From positions 649 through 64,648 of the forward strand of contig JAHBAE010000036.1 in NCBI GenBank assembly GCA_018384485.1: a stretch of 64,000 nucleotides of DNA, in the 5' to 3' direction. A program made the translations under genes and the position numbers. How positions within the stretch are numbered: the stretch's first letter is position 1; each line of letters opens with the position of its first letter. The notes under the pieces were generated by a model. The model made no database searches and was not told the DNA's origin. It worked only from the letters and a program-made list of their open reading frames with translations. Positions 58,600 through 64,000 of this stretch are shown here, in pieces. The stretch comes from Kiritimatiellia bacterium (GTDB taxonomy: Bacteria > Verrucomicrobiota > Kiritimatiellia > RFP12 > UBA1067).

Positions 58600-59808
58600 T
58601 CAATTGCTCATGTGAACAATGTCATCGCTTTTCCATAAACGCGCCTCTGATGCCCAACTTGCGTTAAGTTCATCTATTTCTTTTTCAGTTATCCAAGGGG
58701 GAAATGTCTTCAGGTTCTTTCCTGCACTCCAAAGCCTGTAGCTTTGGTGTGGAGAGGGCGAATAATAGTAAAACTCCTCACCCCATCCGTCGACGCATGA
58801 AATTCCGTCAAGCGCATACGGCTGCGTCCAACCGTTGTCCTCACCTTGCAAATCTCCCGATGAGAATATCGGCGGGTATCTCCACGGATTGTTGATTTGC
58901 GTCGTAAGCCCCGCTTGCGTAAGGCTGCTCGCGCTGTCTTTTGCTGCTATATTTACGCCCCATACGTTTAAATACGGCTCATCCCCTTTTTTTCTATTAG
59001 GACTTTGCAAATTGCAAATACCTTCTAGGCAAGCAATCCACCTGGCTGTAATTATCTGCGAAGGTAAAAGCGCAACTTTCCAAAGCTCATCGTTTATATC
59101 ATCGCTGTTGGGAGAAGGTGGTTTTACCTGCTTTGCTATAGCTTCCCAATTTTCATACGGGACGCCATCTTCAAACTTGCACGGGACGTTGTTGTTCTCT
59201 CCCCACTGCACAAACTTATCGTAAATTGTAGTATCGGGCCCTTCCATCATAATCATAAAGCGCGGGAGAAGAAAACTCATTAGTCCAAATCTAAACAAAT
59301 TGCAATGAGTCCACGCATCTTCTTCTGCCTTTGAACTTAGCTGCGAAGTCGTCTGCAAAGCGTCGAACCCAGTGCCAGCCACCTCGGCAAGCCCGCCTTT
59401 TCCCTTGCTGTACATTTTTTGCACCTGAAGAGACGTCTTATTAATTACTGGCCAGTCTTTTTCCCTAAAAGGGTAATTCATCGCCACAGGCTGGCTGCGG
59501 CAGGCGGCATGAACTTTGATCCAATTAAAAGTACCGTAGTCAGGATCTTCATCTACAACTTGTATGCCCTGCTTGTTGACCTTGTAGAAAATGTTTCTGC
59601 TGCCGTGAAGGCGCACGGGAGGATATGAGCCGAACGCGGCGAAATACCCGCTGATGCAAGTTTCAAGCGCGTGCATTCGCTTAACCGTATTACTGCGCGA
59701 AGTCTCCTCTTCACCGACGCCGACGATGCGAAAAGTTACAGCCATCAAGATCGCTATCACAACGACAACGACCAGAAGCTCCACCAATGTAAACGCCTTT
59801 TTCATCAT
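58600..59808 (-). CDS. Large pseudopilin (402 aa, prepilin-type N-terminal methylation domain)
   Basis: MMKKAFTLVELLVVVVVIAILMAV. First gene of the nine-gene same-strand pseudopilin array. Confidence 0.75.
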   Translation of the reverse strand: MMKKAFTLVELLVVVVVIAILMAVTFRIVGVGEEETSRSNTVKRMHALETCISGYFAAFGSYPPVRLHGSRNIFYKVNKQGIQVVDEDPDYGTFNWIKVHAACRSQPVAMNYPFREKDWPVINKTSLQVQKMYSKGKGGLAEVAGTGFDALQTTSQLSSKAEEDAWTHCNLFRFGLMSFLLPRFMIMMEGPDTTIYDKFVQWGENNNVPCKFEDGVPYENWEAIAKQVKPPSPNSDDINDELWKVALLPSQIITARWIACLEGICNLQSPNRKKGDEPYLNVWGVNIAAKDSASSLTQAGLTTQINNPWRYPPIFSSGDLQGEDNGWTQPYALDGISCVDGWGEEFYYYSPSPHQSYRLWSAGKNLKTFPPWITEKEIDELNASWASEARLWKSDDIVHMSN

Positions 59809-59848
59809 TACCGCCGATTATATCACAACCACGGCCGCGGCGCAAGGG

Positions 59849-60175
59849 TTAGAAGTGTTTTACTTTAGGTTGCCAACCCTTGGCCTCTTCAGGAGTAAAT
59901 GTGCCGAAGCTCATCACTATCAGCCTCTCGCCCACCTTCCCCTTGTGCGCCGCCGCGCCATTGAGGCAGCACACATGACTGCCGCGCTTGCCTTCGATGG
60001 CATACGTCTCGAACCTGTTTCCGTTCTCCACGTTTGCGCAGAGAATTTTCTCGTATGGAAGTATTCCCACCGCTTCCATATCGTCTGGATCAAGCGTGAG
60101 CGACCCCTCGTAATCAAGGCATGCTTCAGTAATCTTGATTCTATGAAGCTTCGCTTTCAAAAGTTGTAGCTGCAT
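59849..60175 (-). CDS. panD: Aspartate 1-decarboxylase
   Basis: Start trimmed to MQLQLLKAKLHRIKITEACLDYEGSLTLD. GSH.. and the remaining sequence align with PanD (pyruvoyl-dependent). The ORF-track start at 60223 would overlap clpX. Confidence 0.85.
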   Translation of the reverse strand: MQLQLLKAKLHRIKITEACLDYEGSLTLDPDDMEAVGILPYEKILCANVENGNRFETYAIEGKRGSHVCCLNGAAAHKGKVGERLIVMSFGTFTPEEAKGWQPKVKHF

Positions 60176-60197
60176 CGGTCTTCTCCCGTCTGCTTTC

Positions 60198-61469
60198 TCA
60201 CAACCCGAGTGACGAAGAAACATCCGCCTCGGTAATTACGATTTTCTTCATCTTCGCATTGCCTGGGGCCTCGTACATAATATCGGTCATAAGCCGCTCC
60301 ATCTCGGCCCGCAGCCCGCGCGCGCCCGTGCCGCGCTTGAGCGCAGCCTGCGCCAGACGCTTGAGCGCCCCCTTCTCAAAGTCCAACTCCACCGAATCCA
60401 TCGCCAAAAGCTTCTTGTACTGGCTTACGAGCGAATTCTTAGGCTCGGTGAGAATCCTCACAAGATCATCCTCTGTAAGATCCTTCATCAAAGTTATCAC
60501 CGGCAACCTTCCGGTAAACTCTGGGATAAGCCCGTACTTTACGAGGTCTTCGGGGCGCACATCCTGCGAATTTGCCCCGCTCTCGCCTTCTTCGGCGTTG
60601 GGCGAAGAGCCAAACCCAACTACTCCGCGCCCCTTGCGCGAGGCGACGATCTTATCAAGCCCGACGAACGCGCCGCCGCAGATGAAAAGAATGTTTGAAG
60701 TATCAATCTCGATATATTCCTGATCGGGATGCTTGCGCCCGCCCTTCGGAGGAACGCGGCAGATTGTCCCTTCAATTATTTTTAGGAGCGTCTGTTGCAC
60801 GCCTTCGCCGCCGACATCGCGCGTTATCGAAACATTATCCGTCTTCGATGCAATCTTGTCGATTTCGTCGACGTAAATTATGCCGCGCTTGGCAAGCTCA
60901 ACGTTTCCATCGGCGTTCTGCAAAAGATAGCGCACGAGGTTCTCGACATCCTCGCCCACATAACCTGCCTGCGTGAGAACCGTCGCATCGCCGATGGCGA
61001 ACGGCACTCCGAGCATCTTCGCAAGCGTCTTTGCAAGAAGCGTCTTGCCGCAGCCGGTCGGCCCGATGAGAAGAATGTTCGACTTTTCAATTTCAACATC
61101 GTCGAAACCCGCGTAACCGGCCGGCGCCTGCTTCTTCGGTTTATTCTGAGCCGCGTTTTCAGTTGCCTCTATGCGGCGGTAATGATTGTGCACCGCGACG
61201 GCAAGCACCTTTTTAACGTCATCATGGCCGATTACGTGGCTGTCGAGAAACTTCTTGATTTCCTTCGGCGTGGGCACGGGCGGCAGCGGAGGAGGAGCAT
61301 TTTTCTTCTTCTCCCCGCTTTGCTCATGAAGCGTAATAAGTTGATTCGCCTTCTTTACGCAATCTATGCAAATATACGCGTCGACTCCCGGCAAAAGAGG
61401 ACTTTCATCCTCGGTACATCCGCAGAATGAGCACACTAATTCATCATCGTTTTTTTTTCTGCGGCTCAT
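60198..61469 (-). CDS. clpX: ATP-dependent Clp protease ATP-binding subunit ClpX
   Basis: 423 aa. N-terminal C4 zinc finger (CSFCGC...CIDC). Walker A GPTGCGKT. Confidence 0.95.
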   Translation of the reverse strand: MSRRKKNDDELVCSFCGCTEDESPLLPGVDAYICIDCVKKANQLITLHEQSGEKKKNAPPPLPPVPTPKEIKKFLDSHVIGHDDVKKVLAVAVHNHYRRIEATENAAQNKPKKQAPAGYAGFDDVEIEKSNILLIGPTGCGKTLLAKTLAKMLGVPFAIGDATVLTQAGYVGEDVENLVRYLLQNADGNVELAKRGIIYVDEIDKIASKTDNVSITRDVGGEGVQQTLLKIIEGTICRVPPKGGRKHPDQEYIEIDTSNILFICGGAFVGLDKIVASRKGRGVVGFGSSPNAEEGESGANSQDVRPEDLVKYGLIPEFTGRLPVITLMKDLTEDDLVRILTEPKNSLVSQYKKLLAMDSVELDFEKGALKRLAQAALKRGTGARGLRAEMERLMTDIMYEAPGNAKMKKIVITEADVSSSLGL

Positions 61470-61472
61470 ACC

Positions 61473-62078
61473 TTAATTCTTTCCTTCCGCCTCAGGAGAG
61501 ACTATCTCATCGATAAGCCCCCACTCCTTCGCCTCTGCCGCGCTCATAAAATGATCTCTATCCGTATCGCGCACAACATCGTCCATGCTCTTGCCGGAGT
61601 GCTTTGAAAGGATTGAATTCAAAACTTCCTTGAGGCGGAGAATCTCGCGGGCGGTGATTTCAATATCGCTCGCCTTTCCTTCCGCGCCGCCCCAAGGCTG
61701 GTGGATCATGATTCTCGCGTTGGGAAGCGCGAAGCGGCGGCCCTTTGTGCCGGCTGTCAAAAGCACGGCTCCCATAGAGGCCGCCTGCCCGAGGCAGTAA
61801 GTTGCTATCGGGCATTTGATAAACTGCATCGTGTCGTAAATGGCAAGCCCGGCCGTAACGCTGCCGCCTGGAGAATTCACGTAGACTGAAATCTCTTTAG
61901 TGGCATCCTGCGACTGCAGAAAAAGAAGCTGCGCGCAGATTGCGTTTGCCATATCGTCGTTCACTTCGCCTGAAATGAAAACTATCCGGTCAAGAAGAAG
62001 ACGCGAATAAATATCGTAAGTCCTCTCGCCCTTACCGGTCTGTTCCACCACGTATGGAATCATATAAGATTTTGCCAT
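61473..62078 (-). CDS. clpP: ATP-dependent Clp protease proteolytic subunit
   Basis: 201 aa. ...[11 protein letters not shown]...GQAASMGA...MIHQP... catalytic triad context. Confidence 0.95.
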   Translation of the reverse strand: MAKSYMIPYVVEQTGKGERTYDIYSRLLLDRIVFISGEVNDDMANAICAQLLFLQSQDATKEISVYVNSPGGSVTAGLAIYDTMQFIKCPIATYCLGQAASMGAVLLTAGTKGRRFALPNARIMIHQPWGGAEGKASDIEITAREILRLKEVLNSILSKHSGKSMDDVVRDTDRDHFMSAAEAKEWGLIDEIVSPEAEGKN

Positions 62079-62126
62079 TGCTAAAGTAACTCCAGTAAAA
62101 CTTGTTTTTTACGACACGCCGCGATA

Positions 62127-63320
62127 TTATTTCTTCGCGTTCGCAAGGACGAAATCAATTACGGCCTTTCCGAGATTTTCATTCTTCTTCTCGTCGACCT
62201 TGATATCTTCCGCCTTGGCAATCGCCTCGATGATGTACCAGAGCCTCACCTGCTTCTCGGCAGACTCGTTCGCCTCCTTCTTGATCTTTTCGGAGTTCTC
62301 CTTGAAATATTCGACGCCGATGCCGGAAAGCTGGGCGCGCTGTGAAAGCTCGGTCAGATAATTATCAGCCGCATTGCGCACCATGCTCTGAGGAACATCA
62401 AAGTCGACCTTCTTCAAAAGGAGCTCTACCGCTTCATTCTCACGGCGGACGCTTTCACGCTCGACGGCTGATTTCTCCATCGCCTCACGGATTTCTTTCT
62501 TCATTGCTTCAACTGACTCGGCCTTTCTCATCTTGAGAAATTCCTCGTCGGCGGGAAGAATGCGACGGCGAAGCGCCTTGAGAGTTACGCAATATTCCGC
62601 CTTCTCCCCCTTGAGCCCTTCGGGAGCCGAGTCCTTGTCGAACTTCGCGGCAACCTTCTCCTTCGTCTCCCCGACTTTCATCCCTTCTACGGCTTCGAGA
62701 ATTTCAGGAAGGAATCTTCCTTCTTCAATCTGCGTCCAGAATCCAGTTCCCTCCGCGACGATTTTCGCCTCGGGGTTGATTTCAAGAATGTTCTTGCCTT
62801 TTACCGTTCCCTTGTAATCAATCTGGACATAGTCGCCCTTTGCCGCAGCATCGCCTTCCTTCGAATCCTCATATTTTGCGTACGCATTGCGGAGGCTTTC
62901 GAATTGGTTTTCGACCTGCTCGTCAGTAACGGCGACGCTTTCAGAAGAAATCTTAAGCCCCTTGTATGTGGGAAGCTTAAATTCCGGCTTCACATCGACA
63001 GTAGCGACGAACGAGGCGCCATCCTTATCGATCTTCATTTCGGCAACGTCGGCGAGCGCAACCTCTTCTACCTTCTCCTCTTTTATGGCGCGCGGATAAT
63101 ATTCCGAGAACATCATCCTCTTTGATTCCTCTTCAAGTCCCTTCGCGAACTGCCTGCGGATAATTTCAAGAGGCACTTTGCCCTTGCGGAAGCCTGGGAT
63201 CTCAGCCTCGCGCACAAAACGCTTTTCTACTTTTGCGATAATGGCTGCAGCTTCGCCGGCATCGAGCTCGACGCTAACATTCACCTGGCATTTGTCCAAT
63301 TTTTCTTGTGTAGTCTTCAT
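62127..63320 (-). CDS. tig: Trigger factor
   Basis: Start set at MKTTQEKLDKCQVNVSVEL...GFRKGKVP, which spaces like E. coli Tig, with AGGAGA about 10 nt upstream. The ORF-track start is at 63365. Confidence 0.85.
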   Translation of the reverse strand: MKTTQEKLDKCQVNVSVELDAGEAAAIIAKVEKRFVREAEIPGFRKGKVPLEIIRRQFAKGLEEESKRMMFSEYYPRAIKEEKVEEVALADVAEMKIDKDGASFVATVDVKPEFKLPTYKGLKISSESVAVTDEQVENQFESLRNAYAKYEDSKEGDAAAKGDYVQIDYKGTVKGKNILEINPEAKIVAEGTGFWTQIEEGRFLPEILEAVEGMKVGETKEKVAAKFDKDSAPEGLKGEKAEYCVTLKALRRRILPADEEFLKMRKAESVEAMKKEIREAMEKSAVERESVRRENEAVELLLKKVDFDVPQSMVRNAADNYLTELSQRAQLSGIGVEYFKENSEKIKKEANESAEKQVRLWYIIEAIAKAEDIKVDEKKNENLGKAVIDFVLANAKK

Positions 63321-63386
63321 ATCTTCTATGTCTCCTAAACTAACCTTTTGCGTATTATACCACATTTTTTACCTTAGCAATCAGCG

Positions 63387-63641
63387 ATTAGTAGATAGTG
63401 GATAGTAGTTAGTAGATAGTGGATAGTAGTTAGTAGTTAGTGGTTAGTAGTTAGTGGTTAGTAGTTAGCGGTTAGTAGTTAGCGGTAGAGAGGATAAAAC
63501 TCCCAACTCTAAACTCTAAACTCCCAACTCCCAACTCTAAACTCTAAACCTTCTAAACCTTCTAAACCTTCTAAACCTTCTAAACCCCCATTCCAACATT
63601 CTAACATTCAAACATTCTAACATTCAAACATTAACCCTCCC
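63387..63641. repeat. Composite microsatellite block: about 14 copies of (A/T)TAG(T/C)(A/G)G, about 7 of AACTC(C/T)(C/A), 4 of TTCTAAACC, about 5 of CATTCNAA ending CATTAACC
   Basis: Read directly. The last sub-array is the same 8-mer family, with the same terminal CATTAACC, as the repeat at 23362-23401 flanking the four-helix-bundle gene. Confidence 0.85.
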
Positions 63642-63820
63642 TCTTCCATTATGTAGATAACTTCTAGATATCTGTTTACATAATTTTGCATTTTTCCTCT
63701 TGCTTTTTATAATTCAATTCGGTAAACAATTATAATTTATAAAAATAAACGATTTATATTAAAATAGCACTCCGCATAACTATAAACCTCTTTTTCTATA
63801 CAAATAGTAGATAATTATGC

Positions 63821-63826
63821 TATAAT
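63821..63826 (+). promoter_or_regulatory. Candidate -10 element (TATAAT) 9 bp upstream of the mnmG start codon, within a 190-bp AT-rich region
   Basis: tataat at 63821-63826. ATG at 63836. No good -35 match. Confidence 0.25.
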
Positions 63827-63835
63827 ACATACGAA

Positions 63836-64000
63836 ATGCAAACATTTAATTCAATTGACGTAATTGTCATAGGCGGCGGCCACGCAGGTTGCGAGGCTGC
63901 TCTTGCGTCCGCTCGCATGGGTATAACCACCCTTCTGATTACTTCAAAAATCAGCGCGTCCGCCAGGATGCCGTGCAACCCTTCTATCGGCGGTTTAGCA
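63836..64000 (+). CDS. mnmG: tRNA uridine 5-carboxymethylaminomethyl modification enzyme MnmG (GidA), N-terminal fragment running off the window
   Basis: [36 protein letters not shown]... FAD-binding GxGxxG N-terminus typical of MnmG. Not in the ORF track because there is no in-window stop. Confidence 0.85.
   Translation, partial: MQTFNSIDVIVIGGGHAGCEAALASARMGITTLLITSKISASARMPCNPSIGGLA

Noticed and set aside
63387-63641. Possible CRISPR array
   Set aside because: The repeat units are only 7-9 bp, degenerate, and directly abutting, with no spacers. This is a microsatellite-like structure, not CRISPR.

Overview
Window from a moderately GC-rich (about 55%), very compact genome; the content points to the PVC superphylum (Verrucomicrobia / Lentisphaerae / Kiritimatiellae-like). 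The evidence is DUF1559-type pseudopilins and a pilus-like locus whose gene order resembles the Akkermansia Amuc_1098-1102 cluster. Every gene is on the minus strand except the last one (mnmG, partial, plus strand), with tight or overlapping junctions. Housekeeping genes are proS, thrS, coaE, pta, ackA, kdsD, folB, panD, clpX, clpP, tig and mnmG. Between them sit three surface-appendage or secretion-related loci: (i) a type-IV-pilus-like operon (secreted 232-aa protein, PilM-PilN fusion, PilO/Amuc_1100-like, zinc-ribbon/TSP3 protein, secretin), followed on the same strand by a 1460-aa Listeria-Bacteroides-repeat (Flg_new) surface protein with 219-bp DNA tandem repeats; (ii) a 6256-aa giant secreted protein (calcium-binding TSP3 repeats, LamG domain) preceded by a small membrane-anchored coiled-coil protein; (iii) a nine-gene array of prepilin-type N-terminal methylation proteins (GspG-like, a DUF1559 H-X9-DG member, a 1122-aa GspK-like protein), with no secretion ATPase or platform gene in the window. 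It lies next to glycoside hydrolase genes (GH27 with NPCBM, a clan GH-A hydrolase) and a UPF0210/ACT gene pair; a partial GH16 sits at the window start. A four-helix-bundle (Avd / 23S-rRNA-IVS family) gene is inserted between ackA and pta and is bracketed by inverted arrays of an 8-mer. A related ORF-less microsatellite block lies in the tig-mnmG intergenic region, next to an AT-rich strand-switch region. No rRNA, tRNA, CRISPR, integrase or transposase was recognised.
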